From NCBI GenBank assembly GCA_963749445.1, contig CAVVMJ010000007.1, forward strand, positions 9,971-73,970: a stretch of 64,000 bases of DNA, given 5' to 3'. A model generated the notes under the pieces. That model worked only from the letters and a program-made list of their open reading frames with translations. It searched no databases and was not told where the DNA came from. Positions 1-8,394 of the stretch are shown here, one piece after another (within the stretch, counting starts at the first letter, position 1; every line of letters starts with the position of its first letter). The position numbers and the translations under genes are program-made. The stretch is from an uncultured bacterium. GTDB taxonomy: Bacteria; Patescibacteriota; Doudnabacteria; UBA920.

Positions 1-573
1 TAAACTTTCCAAAAAATCCCTGGCGTACCACTGCCGCAAATTCCAGAGATCAACGAAAGTCTGCACAGGCGGCGTCAGTTGGCCGAAAACTTTCAGGCGC
101 GGATCCGCGGCCAGGATCGCCAGATTGGGGAAGTCGGACGAGGCCAAAGGGAAGCGCTTGATAATCTCCGGCAAAAAATTTTCGTCCGCGTAAACGTAAA
201 CGTCCGCGTAATCGGCCGGAGTTAAACGGTACTGCCGGACAAACGCGCTGAACGCGCCATAAATTACTCCGGGCGGCATTAATCCCTCTATATCCAGGGG
301 CGAGTTTACCGAAACCTTTGTCTGGTATATTATATCATTCTCCAATTTGCGGTTGCTGGCCCAGAGCAGCAAAAACTTTTCCCTGTCCCGAACCCTAAAA
401 TTCCTGCCGGTTATTTCAATTGCCCCAGCTCTTTTTGGCAAGGCCATGGCGTTATTAACGGTGGATAGCGAAAAACCCAAACGGCCCGCCAGTTCCTTTT
501 GCGTAAAAACATACTGTTTCTTTTGGAAACAATCGTTTAATATTTCTCTCCAGATTTGTTCCTTTTTGAGCAT
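1..573 (-). CDS. winged-helix/HTH DNA-binding protein, C-terminus off-window (partial)
   Basis: Runs off the left edge, so it is absent from the ORF track. Hand translation of the minus strand from ATG (cat at 571-573) gives MLKKEQIWREILNDCFQKKQYVFTQKELAGRLGFSLSTVNNAMALPKRAGAIEITGRNFRV..., open to base 1 (191 codons). HTH-like core is TQKELAGRLGFSLSTVNNA. Track ORF 347..637(+) is its antisense shadow. Confidence 0.6.
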   Translation of the reverse strand, partial: MLKKEQIWREILNDCFQKKQYVFTQKELAGRLGFSLSTVNNAMALPKRAGAIEITGRNFRVRDREKFLLLWASNRKLENDIIYQTKVSVNSPLDIEGLMPPGVIYGAFSAFVRQYRLTPADYADVYVYADENFLPEIIKRFPLASSDFPNLAILAADPRLKVFGQLTPPVQTFVDLWNLRQWYARDFLESL

Positions 574-819
574 ATCTGATATGTTTCGGTTTACTAACTA
601 TTTGATTAACCTCTTTTCTATTATATTAGAAACATAATAATTGGTCAAGTTACAAAATAATATGTGTAGTTTTTATGAGTGATATTATATTATTTGCCTT
701 ATATAAAAGGCTTTATTATTTAAATAGTTGATAAAAACCTTATTTTGTGCTATCATTGATGGTTAATTTCATAAAAGTACTTGTTTTGCTTGTGGTGGGC
801 AAAACCCTGTAAATTCATG

Positions 820-849
820 CCCCCAAAGTCTTTTTGGGGGTTTTTGTTT
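820..849 (+). terminator. rho-independent terminator-like hairpin with no obvious upstream gene
   Basis: CCCCCAAA (820-827) pairs with TTTGGGGG (833-840) around a 5-nt loop, followed by TTTTTGTTT. The T-tract exists only in + orientation. No + strand ORF lies between 640 and 820. Confidence 0.5.
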
Positions 850-1068
850 CTCCCAAACAATTCGTCTGGCATTACCACCACTAATGCTTAATGAATTGCC
901 GGGTAGAAACACAAGGAGTTATTTCCGATAAATCCGACTTTCTGATTTATCTGACTGATTCCGAATTTACCGGGTTTTCCTCTCCATAAGTCGTCCCGAC
1001 TTAATACATTCAATTTATACGGGACATTATGAGAGGGCGATGGCAATATCGCAGCGGCAATTTTATAA

Positions 1069-1797
1069 TTGAGCCGCAGACGTGCACGGCGTTTCCCGTG
1101 CGGGCACCTTAACAATCGAGAAAACCAAATGTTAAAACTAACGTCTGACCCGGTTCGGACCATGGGTCCGAACAATCACTCGGTTGTGATTGGCGTTACG
1201 ATTATCGGCGACAGAAGAACGCCGGTGGTGAACGCAGACGTGCTCCTAAAGCTGGACTCACGAGATTGGGGCACACGAAAGACAAACCGTAATGGCCAAA
1301 TCGAACCGACGGAAGTGACTGCCATCCCCGATGGCAGTTTCAATGGCAACGGCAAACTGACGGTGGAGGCAATCCGCGTCGGCGCACCGGGGGATATGGA
1401 TCGCAAGATTATTGACATCCCAATGCCTCAACCCAAACCCGAACCCGCGGCAGTGGAAAGCATTGCCGTGACCAACGCGACTGAAGGCATTGTCTTGTGC
1501 TCCGGTTTCAACGGAACGCTCGAGATCGCCTTAGGGTTTGAGCAGGGAAAGAAGTCTCGCCCTGTCAGACTGAAAGTTTCGGCCGACCACAGGGTAGATT
1601 TTGCCAACGATAAAACGGGCACGCCTTTAGGCGCGAACGTAAAGTCGTGCGCGGCAACTACTTCGGCAGACGGAGTGCTCCGTCTGCGCGTCAACTTCCT
1701 GGCCTGCGGTCGGGACGAAGTCGAGATCAAAGTATCGGTCCCGAACTCGTCCAAAACTGCTACCGCCAAACTCAAATACAAAATGTTCGAAACTTAG
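1069..1797 (+). CDS. hypothetical beta-rich protein, first gene of the G+C-rich block
   Basis: Maximal ORF starts at TTG 1069, with in-frame ATGs at 1129 and 1162. No SD and no signal peptide. Strand-like segments include VVIGVTIIGDRRTPVVNADVLLKL, GKLTVEAIRVG and RLRVNFLACGRDEVEIKVSV. No family recognised by eye. Confidence 0.55.
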   Translation: MSRRRARRFPCGHLNNRENQMLKLTSDPVRTMGPNNHSVVIGVTIIGDRRTPVVNADVLLKLDSRDWGTRKTNRNGQIEPTEVTAIPDGSFNGNGKLTVEAIRVGAPGDMDRKIIDIPMPQPKPEPAAVESIAVTNATEGIVLCSGFNGTLEIALGFEQGKKSRPVRLKVSADHRVDFANDKTGTPLGANVKSCAATTSADGVLRLRVNFLACGRDEVEIKVSVPNSSKTATAKLKYKMFET

Positions 1798-1810
1798 GAG
1801 AGATAGACTG

Positions 1811-2788
1811 ATGACTCGTCACACACCCACATCCGCTGCACCGCCGCCGGCACCACCCGTGGCAACCGCACCGGCACCCCTCGCACCCGCAGTCATCCCG
1901 GCACAGGCACCCCTCGCACCCGCCACAATTCCGATCCCGGGAGGACACCACCTTAGCGACAAAACTTTGGTGACACTCGACATCCTCGTTGGAATCATCA
2001 CCGCTCTGTTCGGCCACGAAATCGGCCGCCAAGCGGGAAAGTGGTTCCAGGGAGCCAAACGCGGCTTGCAACAGATCGGTACGCCCGGGACAGCAACCGG
2101 GGTCACCATCTCAGGCAACGCACCCGCTCACATCGACCCCACCATCCATAGCGCCCTCCTAGGCATTGGACCGTGGGACGAAGCCGCCACTGGCATGACG
2201 CTGGGTGCTGCTTTCCGGCGGGCATTTCAACGCTTGTTGGAAGCAACCGGCACGCCAATGGAAGCGCCCATCCGCGCCGCGCTTGCCCAGCTGGAACAGA
2301 CTGTCGGCTTCATCGCCAACAAGCTCAACCAGCACCAGCGCGACTTCCTCCGCGAAGTCGTCGGCAAGCTCAAGACGGCTGAACTCCAGAACCTCTTCTG
2401 GCAGGACTTGGTCCTCGCCAGCAAGGACGAAACCGGTTTCATAAACTTTATGAAGGCAATGGGGATCGTCCACGAGCCGAACGAACTCACCCAGGAACTC
2501 GCGATTGCTATTGCCTATGGTTTCGAGCAGGCGAATGTGATCCGGGTCCAAATGGTGACCACGCTCACAGTTCGCTACGACGCCCGTTCCGACGCTGCCA
2601 GACAGCGCTGGTTCACCGCACATGGGCAACTCGCTCAAGGGCAGCCCGTTCAACAAAACGCGACGCCGTTCTGGCGCCGCCGCACGATATGGCTCGTCAT
2701 TGGACTGGCCATTCTGGCAGTGGCTCTATTTCTAGGCCTGCCCCACATCTACCTCAACCTTCGAAATTGGGAATGGAGTTGGAAATGA
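1811..2788 (+). CDS. hypothetical Pro/Ala-rich protein with C-terminal TM anchor
   Basis: ATG 1811 is preceded by AGGAGA (1794-1799). Has an N-terminal tract SAAPPPAPPVATAPAPLAPAVIPAQAPLAPATIPIP, a hydrophobic segment LVTLDILVGIITALFG and a C-terminal TM TIWLVIGLAILAVALFLGL. Stop TGA 2786-2788 overlaps the next start (ATGA). Confidence 0.6.
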   Translation: MTRHTPTSAAPPPAPPVATAPAPLAPAVIPAQAPLAPATIPIPGGHHLSDKTLVTLDILVGIITALFGHEIGRQAGKWFQGAKRGLQQIGTPGTATGVTISGNAPAHIDPTIHSALLGIGPWDEAATGMTLGAAFRRAFQRLLEATGTPMEAPIRAALAQLEQTVGFIANKLNQHQRDFLREVVGKLKTAELQNLFWQDLVLASKDETGFINFMKAMGIVHEPNELTQELAIAIAYGFEQANVIRVQMVTTLTVRYDARSDAARQRWFTAHGQLAQGQPVQQNATPFWRRRTIWLVIGLAILAVALFLGLPHIYLNLRNWEWSWK

Positions 2789-4197
2789 CGAATCTAGGAA
2801 GAATCGGAAGGTCGATCGGCACAATGGTGTCCGGTCTGGAAGCGAGGATTTTGGGCTGGATTAGCGCTCATGTCTCGCTAACGCCGCGCGCCTTCGGCAC
2901 GTGGCTTGACGAACACAATTTCATCCGGCTGGAAAACGGCGCGCCTGTCACGGACTACGCCGGTTTCTTCCGCTGGACACGCAACTCGCTCCTGTCCCTG
3001 ATGGCACTGACTTTATTGCTCGAAGCCTACACCATAGTCATCGGGACATTCAACAACACCCCGCTCGGCCTCGGCATAAGCTTAGGTTTCGGTGTGGCAG
3101 TGTTCGGCATCGCGTCGGTGGTCTGGATTTGGAGGACCATCGGCCGCGTCAACGAAGGCTTGGCCTGGATTTTCACTCTGGCCACTGCCACCCTTGCCCT
3201 AATTGGCTTAGGGACTCCGACTTACCAGTACTACGCCGCGGGGAACCTCGCCAAACTTTCGGCAAAAGATATCCAAAATCTGATCGCGGCAGGCATTCCG
3301 CGAATCTGGGCTATGGCGGGCTTTTGCCTGCTCAGCCTGATCGTTCTTCCGCTTACCTGGATGACCACTCTGGGGCCCGCCCTGCTGTCCCTGGCTTTCG
3401 CCAAGACGGCAGAAGGTCTGGAAACGGCGTGGACAGAAATCCGGAAAATATTCTCGCACGATAGGGAAGTAGCGGAAGCCGCTGCGGAAAACCTCCGCAA
3501 GCGGACAGAAACACAGACCGGCCTGCTCATGCTCACATGGGCGATCCTGGCGCTGTTTACTCTCTCTATTATTCTCTCGTCCACGGTCTGGGGGCCTTTC
3601 GGCGGCTTGGTCATCGGTATGACCGCAATCGTGCCGGTATGGATACGACGGTGGAATATGTTCTTGGGAACTTTCTTAACCAAGGCACTCTACGGCGTAG
3701 CCACAGGAGGGCTGATCTTTATCTGCTTCCTGTACGGCCTTTCACTCTCGGCCTTGATGCTGATTCCCGACCAAATTTCGCTCAACGCACTGCTAGTAAT
3801 CAAGTGGGCCAGCTTCCTAATCGGTCTCGCTTCGGCAGTTGGAGTGTTGTTTACCTCCACCACGGCCAGCAAACAGAACGAACTGGAAGCCGGCATGGGG
3901 GAAATTCAGCCCTACACCAGAAAGGTCACGGGTTTCGGGACTGATGGGCAGCCGATTTTTGAAGCTGTTCACCCCAAACCGACGTCCTTCGCCTGGGTCA
4001 AGCCCACGGTCTTCGGTGCTGTTGTCATCGCTCTGGTTGCCTATGTGCACTACAACGGCAACCCGCTTTCCGGCACCAGCCCGCTCAAGCTGGTCGCTTA
4101 CACAATGGTTGTCGGCTTGATCCTTATTCTCTTTGGGATCTTTTCCGGCGGCAAGACGCAAGCCACCCCTACACAGGAGGTGCGCCATGACCACTAG
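2785..4197 (+). CDS. polytopic integral membrane protein, unknown family
   Basis: The track ORF starts at 2689, but ATG 2785 forms an ATGA overlap with the upstream stop and has GGAG at 2775-2778. About ten hydrophobic helices, e.g. LLSLMALTLLLEAYTIVIG, LGISLGFGVAVFGIASVVWIW, GLLMLTWAILALFTLSIILS, AYTMVVGLILILFGIF. Confidence 0.65.
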   Translation: MTNLGRIGRSIGTMVSGLEARILGWISAHVSLTPRAFGTWLDEHNFIRLENGAPVTDYAGFFRWTRNSLLSLMALTLLLEAYTIVIGTFNNTPLGLGISLGFGVAVFGIASVVWIWRTIGRVNEGLAWIFTLATATLALIGLGTPTYQYYAAGNLAKLSAKDIQNLIAAGIPRIWAMAGFCLLSLIVLPLTWMTTLGPALLSLAFAKTAEGLETAWTEIRKIFSHDREVAEAAAENLRKRTETQTGLLMLTWAILALFTLSIILSSTVWGPFGGLVIGMTAIVPVWIRRWNMFLGTFLTKALYGVATGGLIFICFLYGLSLSALMLIPDQISLNALLVIKWASFLIGLASAVGVLFTSTTASKQNELEAGMGEIQPYTRKVTGFGTDGQPIFEAVHPKPTSFAWVKPTVFGAVVIALVAYVHYNGNPLSGTSPLKLVAYTMVVGLILILFGIFSGGKTQATPTQEVRHDH

Positions 4198-4771
4198 GAA
4201 AAAGTGCATCGTCATCGGCACTTTAATCGTCGGCGCAGCAGCCGCTGTGCTCCTCGGCTATTACGTAGGCATTGGCAAGTACGCGCCCAGCGAACAGGCG
4301 GCCTACAACCGCCTTCACGCGGCGAACAACTGGGAGTTTGAGGGGAAAACAAGCGATGTTGAAGACAAGCAAGTTCCCCTCGCCGACAAGGTTGCTCAAG
4401 TCAACGTCCTAGCCGTGCAAAAACGCACTCTGGACGCGCAAATCGGCCACCCGGAGCTGACCAACTGCCGGACGCAACCCGGCAAGGACAAGGACGGCAA
4501 GCCAATACTGGTGTCCGAGCCGTGCCCCGGCGGCGTCTCCGCGGCAATCTACAGGGGCAAAGAGGCCGTCATAACGGTCCAGCTCCTAACTTACAGCAAC
4601 GACGAACTCCCGCTCAATGTCGCACCGACCCTCGTCGGCGACGAGCAACTCGGTGGGACAGCAGTACCCCTGGGCAACAACCGGTTCCGCGTGTCGGGAC
4701 TGGTGTATGACCAGGAAAAAATCGCCGGCGGATACAAGATTCGCGTTACGCCGGAAGGAGGAGGAAACTAA
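4187..4771 (+). CDS. N-terminally membrane-anchored protein, unknown family
   Basis: The track ORF starts at 4133. ATG 4187 has AGGAGG at 4175-4180 and overlaps the upstream stop (4195-4197). Anchor CIVIGTLIVGAAAAVLLGYYVG is followed by a soluble domain of about 170 aa. Confidence 0.6.
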   Translation: MTTRKKCIVIGTLIVGAAAAVLLGYYVGIGKYAPSEQAAYNRLHAANNWEFEGKTSDVEDKQVPLADKVAQVNVLAVQKRTLDAQIGHPELTNCRTQPGKDKDGKPILVSEPCPGGVSAAIYRGKEAVITVQLLTYSNDELPLNVAPTLVGDEQLGGTAVPLGNNRFRVSGLVYDQEKIAGGYKIRVTPEGGGN

Positions 4772-4896
4772 TGAGAGACAGGATCCCGTGGCCTCGATCG
4801 ACAATTGACAGTAATGATTGCCCGACGAGGTGTAGGGAACCGACTTGGACAGGAGAGAAAAACAAATAATTAAGCAATTATTTCTCTCCCGTCCGT

Positions 4897-4998
4897 TTTA
4901 AAAGCCGTCATAGATTAACCTTATCATTCTCCCCCAAATCATGAGGAGATACCCCGCCGAAGGCGGAACAGAGAGGTTAAACTATGGCGGCTTTTAAA
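4897..4998. other. compound stem-loop element (long rod plus two internal hairpins), candidate structured RNA
   Basis: TTTAAAAGCCGTCATAG (4897-4913) pairs with CTATGGCGGCTTTTAAA (4982-4998): 17 bp, with one G-U if read on +. TTAACCT (4915-4921) pairs with AGGTTAA (4974-4980). Inner hairpins are TCTCC/GGAGA (4928-4932 / 4945-4949) and CCGCC-GAA-GGCGG (4954-4966). Confidence 0.4.
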
Positions 4999-5000
4999 TT

Positions 5001-5027
5001 GGCCACATTCCATTTTGGAATGTGGCC
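5001..5027. terminator. hairpin between convergent genes
   Basis: GGCCACATTCC-ATTTT-GGAATGTGGCC, a perfect 11-bp stem between the + operon end (4771) and the minus pilin gene end (5061). No clean U-tract on either strand. Confidence 0.4.
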
Positions 5028-5060
5028 ATCCCGAACGAAGTGAGGAATCTATTTAACTTT

Positions 5061-5765
5061 TTAATTAGTTGTCTGGGTTGTAGTGCCCCGCTGTAAAATG
5101 TCGGAGGTCGTTAAGGTGGAGGTAATAATCGTAACAATGGAGTAAGCCAAAATTACCACTACCAAACCGACAATCGCGTTAATCAAAGCTTTTTTGCCTT
5201 TTTCCGACTGCTCCTCATTGCCCGCGGACGTAATGTACCAAAACCCGCCGACAATTAACGCGACCACCGCTATCAATCCGGAAAGAATCAATAAATACTT
5301 TATAACGACAAAAATCAAATCCACCAAGGTTCCCGCGCCTGCCGGGCTGCCGGCAGTATAAGTATTTGCCGGTACGCAAAAGCCGTTGATTTGCACCAGT
5401 CGGCTGTCGCCGCAAGGGCCACTCACCGTGGAAGGGATGGTTGGATTTAAGTTCACTCCTCCGCTATTTTGATACGCAGTACAAACCGGATCGTTCGGGT
5501 AGCTGTTGCAACAAGCTAACCCGGTTAAGCCCGAAGAGGCGCAGTCAACTTGCTTTGGCCCGACAATTCCGCCGGCAACGCAGGCACTTCCTGAATAAGT
5601 GCATCCCACTGTATTTGCGCACTGGATCGGATCAGCAATACCGGTACAATTATCGGCTTTAGCCAACAAAGGCCCACATGCCAAAAAACTAAAGGCCAAA
5701 GCAAAAACTGCAAAAAACACAAGTCCTGTCAGTTTATCAAATTGCAATTTGCTATTTTTTTTCAT
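5061..5765 (-). CDS. TrbC/VirB2-like (T4SS-pilin family) membrane protein with Cys-rich ectodomain
   Basis: Signal/anchor LTGLVFFAVFALAFSFLA, a Cys-rich N-terminal region, then the family core GGFWYITSAGNEEQSEKGKKALINAIVGLVVVILAY (two TM helices around a charged loop). Confidence 0.8.
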   Translation of the reverse strand: MKKNSKLQFDKLTGLVFFAVFALAFSFLACGPLLAKADNCTGIADPIQCANTVGCTYSGSACVAGGIVGPKQVDCASSGLTGLACCNSYPNDPVCTAYQNSGGVNLNPTIPSTVSGPCGDSRLVQINGFCVPANTYTAGSPAGAGTLVDLIFVVIKYLLILSGLIAVVALIVGGFWYITSAGNEEQSEKGKKALINAIVGLVVVILAYSIVTIITSTLTTSDILQRGTTTQTTN

Positions 5766-5774
5766 CGCGAAAAT

Positions 5775-6173
5775 TTAAACCCCGAGCCCGCCGGTAATGG
5801 TATTTTCAATGACCGTAATAATTGTATAAGCCAAAATAATAATCACAATGCCGATAATGGCATTGATTAAAGTTTTTTTGCCTTTTTCCGACTGCTCCTC
5901 GTTGCCGGACGCGGTAATGTAATAGTACCCGCCGATAATAATGAACAGCACGGCAATGGCGCCGGCAAACAGCAGCATCAGCTTAATGACATCATAAATC
6001 AAATGCGGCAAATCCGGCTCCTGGGACAGCCCGCCGATGCCGAACAAATCCCTTAAACCGCCTATGCCGGTCAGCCCCTGGCCGACCGCGCTGGTCTGGG
6101 CAAAAACCATAGCCGGCAAAAATAGCAAAGCGGAAGATATCCAGGCAAATATTTTTTTGACTGTTTGTTTCAT
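5775..6173 (-). CDS. TrbC/VirB2-like (T4SS-pilin family) membrane protein, short form
   Basis: Signal IFAWISSALLFLPAMVFA; core GGYYYITASGNEEQSEKGKKTLINAIIGIVIIILAY. Confidence 0.8.
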   Translation of the reverse strand: MKQTVKKIFAWISSALLFLPAMVFAQTSAVGQGLTGIGGLRDLFGIGGLSQEPDLPHLIYDVIKLMLLFAGAIAVLFIIIGGYYYITASGNEEQSEKGKKTLINAIIGIVIIILAYTIITVIENTITGGLGV

Positions 6174-6235
6174 AAGATTGTGCTTCTAATTATTAAAAGT
6201 TAATTAAACACCAATCAGAATGTCGGAATGTCGAA

Positions 6236-6298
6236 TTAATCGGAGGGGTCATTTCCAAAATTTTTCCAATTTGTTATTAACCGATTAATTTGTTCAGA
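6236..6298 (-). pseudogene. remnant of a four-helix-bundle (Avd / 23S rRNA IVS protein-like) gene, C-terminal about 20 codons only
   Basis: Minus-strand reading EQINRLITNWKNFGNDPSD* matches the C-terminus KQINRLITNWKNFRSDNSD* of the gene at 7966..8350. The adjacent non-coding stretch 6303-6350 matches 8362-8410. Confidence 0.6.
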
Positions 6299-6448
6299 AA
6301 CTAAGACCAATCTTTATTGCCTGTATACGTCCAACTACCCGACCTCCGATATTCTGATTTATCCGATTATTCCGACTTCTGATTCCAAACTCAGGGGCAG
6401 AACCAGTTCCGCCCGAGAGCCCGGAGCCGAAATTTTCGGCCGACCGTT

Positions 6449-6542
6449 TAGTGTCATTGCGAGGAGGCCGGGGCTTTGTCCGGCCGACGCGGCAATCCCT
6501 TCTTTTGATAAGATTGCTTCGGCTGCTACTGCAATGACACTA
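6449..6542. repeat. palindromic intergenic element (TAGTGTCATTGCGAGGAG...GCAATGACACTA)
   Basis: Terminal inverted repeats TAGTGTCATTGC / GCAATGACACTA. The internal GCGGCAATCCC...GATTGCTTCGGC motif is shared with the GAAATTGCGAGG family copies. Confidence 0.6.
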
Positions 6543-6548
6543 AATTTT

Positions 6549-6941
6549 TTAGCTGGATGACTTGGAAACCAAACCGGCCACCACGTTAACGATTACGTAG
6601 GACAAAAGAATAATGACAATACCGATAATGGCGTTAATGGCCGTGTTCTTGCCTTTTTCCGCGGTTTCCTCATTGCCGGCGGAGGTAATGTACCAGAAGC
6701 CGCCAATGATTAAGAACAACACGGCAATACCAAAGGCGATCCCTAGGAGCCAATTGATGATATTTTTAATCAACGCGTTAGCATCGGTAGTGCCGCAGTT
6801 TAATCCGGTTCCGGAGCAGTTAGGAGCGGTCAGCTGCGCCTGTCCAAAATGCAATGGGACAAACACAAAAATCGCCACCAACACCAGCTCAGCGACCACT
6901 AACCAATTGATTTTCTTGATTATTTGTTTCAAGCTGTTCAC
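6549..6941 (-). CDS. TrbC/VirB2-like (T4SS-pilin family) membrane protein, short form
   Basis: Signal WLVVAELVLVAIFVFVPLHFGQA; core GGFWYITSAGNEETAEKGKNTAINAIIGIVIILLSY. Confidence 0.8.
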   Translation of the reverse strand: MNSLKQIIKKINWLVVAELVLVAIFVFVPLHFGQAQLTAPNCSGTGLNCGTTDANALIKNIINWLLGIAFGIAVLFLIIGGFWYITSAGNEETAEKGKNTAINAIIGIVIILLSYVIVNVVAGLVSKSSS

Positions 6942-7061
6942 CCCCTCTCGTTTCCCTTTCCCTCTCCCTCGGGGAGAGGGCAGGGTGAGGGTTAATTTGC
7001 TGACATTATTATACTACGATTCCTAATTTTTGGCCATCTCTATCTTTTTGGCACACGGTTG

Positions 7062-7946
7062 TCATCTCGGGCTCGGCCCAGGCGTAGGATAGGTTAAATT
7101 CTTATTGGTGGCTTGGCCGCAAACAAAAGTTTGCACCTCCTGCCCGGGCTGTATGGGTTTCTGGGAAGCCATGGCCACGGCCCAGCCGCTTGCGTTTTGC
7201 GTATAGTTTGATTGCATATAATCCGCGCCGTCAACTTTTACGGTAAAAGAGATAGGACTTACATCGCCACATATCATCGCAATCTGTGCCAATAAATCTC
7301 TTTCGCCAGTAGAAATTGTGGAATTCACTAACAGGCCGGGATTTTTGGGCGTAATGACAATATTGTCCCCCAAATAATTTTTATTGGTGCTCCTAGCATT
7401 ACTGACATCCTGTAAACTGATGCCCGCGAACATCGGGTTGGAATAAGCATTGCCTCCTTGCGTACCCGCGACCGCCGGATTGGTGTTGGTATTAGCCGAC
7501 GGATTAGTTACTGCCGGGGTATTGCCATTGCCGGTACTGCCCCCGGTCAACCCGCTGGTTAGCAAATTAACCGTGATGCGGACTATGGCATAAGCCATAA
7601 TAATTACGACCAAACCGATAATCGCGCTGGTAATGGCCTTGCGGCCTTTTTCGGATTGCTCCTCGTTGCCCGCGGCCGTCAGGTACCAAAAACCGCCCAA
7701 AATTATGAACACTACGGCCACCAAGGCGGCAAATTCCAGCAATAACTGGATAACATTGCCCACGGCCTGCTGGGGCGTACATAGTTTGGGGAGGCCTTCA
7801 ATGGTATTTACCGGTTTGCCGTTAACGGTAATTTGAAACTGGCCAAAAAACTTGTTGCAATCAAATTGCGCCGACGCCGGCATGGCCAACAGCCAGCTGA
7901 AAAGGATTATCACCAGAAAAAATTGAAGCTTATGCGTTTTCTTCAT
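7062..7946 (-). CDS. TrbC/VirB2-like pilin-family protein with about 150-aa C-terminal extension
   Basis: Signal LQFFLVIILFSWLLAMPASA; core GGFWYLTAAGNEEQSEKGRKAITSAIIGLVVIIMAY. Followed by a Gly/Asn/Thr linker and a C-terminal domain (…ISFTVKVDGADYMQSNYTQNASGW…). Confidence 0.8.
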   Translation of the reverse strand: MKKTHKLQFFLVIILFSWLLAMPASAQFDCNKFFGQFQITVNGKPVNTIEGLPKLCTPQQAVGNVIQLLLEFAALVAVVFIILGGFWYLTAAGNEEQSEKGRKAITSAIIGLVVIIMAYAIVRITVNLLTSGLTGGSTGNGNTPAVTNPSANTNTNPAVAGTQGGNAYSNPMFAGISLQDVSNARSTNKNYLGDNIVITPKNPGLLVNSTISTGERDLLAQIAMICGDVSPISFTVKVDGADYMQSNYTQNASGWAVAMASQKPIQPGQEVQTFVCGQATNKNLTYPTPGPSPR

Positions 7947-7965
7947 AATTTTTCGGAAAATCGGA

Positions 7966-8350
7966 TTAATCGGAATTATCGGATCTGAAATTCTTCCAAT
8001 TGGTTATTAGTCGATTAATTTGCTTGGATACTATTTTATAGTGCTTGATTAGTGCTTCGCAGGTTTCGGGTTTAATATTCGGGAAACCAATGAGTTTAAT
8101 TTGTCTTAGATGGGTTATAACTTCATCCGAAGATCCCAACGCAATCCGCAAGTAACGCTTGAATTCTTTTTCCGAATTTCGTTTGGCAAAACCTTCGGTA
8201 ATTTGCGCCGGAACTCCTTTTGCCGCGCCCGTTAACTGGTCTTTTGTCCGAAACTCATTTTTTGGCAACAAATCTGCTAACCGGTAAATCGGCCTAATCA
8301 ACTTCATTGACCTTCTGATAAACCTCTAAATCCTCAACATCCTTTATCAT
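7966..8350 (-). pseudogene. four-helix-bundle protein (Avd / 23S rRNA intervening-sequence protein family), frameshifted near N-terminus
   Basis: Track ORF 7966..8307 reads ...GAAKGVPAQITEGFAKRNSEKEFKRYLRIALGSSDEVITHL. The family N-terminus MIKDVEDLEVYQK is encoded from ATG 8350 in another frame. One extra nt near 8308-8314 separates YQK from SMKLIRPIYRLA. Confidence 0.7.
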
Positions 8351-8394
8351 AATTAAAAAATTAAGACCGGTTTTTATTGCCTATATCCATCCAA

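Noticed and set aside
347-637. 96-aa + strand ORF at the left edge
   Set aside because: It lies antisense to a much better minus-strand wHTH gene (1..573) that the track omits because it runs off the window. Its sequence is low-complexity with no motif.
4940-4975. SRP (4.5S) RNA, suggested by a CCGCC-GAA-GGCGG hairpin followed by AACAG
   Set aside because: The loop is 3 nt rather than a GNRA tetraloop. The conserved AGCA / GNCAGG internal-loop motifs are not present.
7966-8350. Diversity-generating retroelement, because the four-helix-bundle protein is Avd-like and DGRs are common in CPR
   Set aside because: There is no reverse transcriptase ORF in the window and I could find no TR/VR-type long repeat pair by eye. 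The pilin C-termini are membrane helices, not typical VR hosts. This is left as a genome-wide check only.
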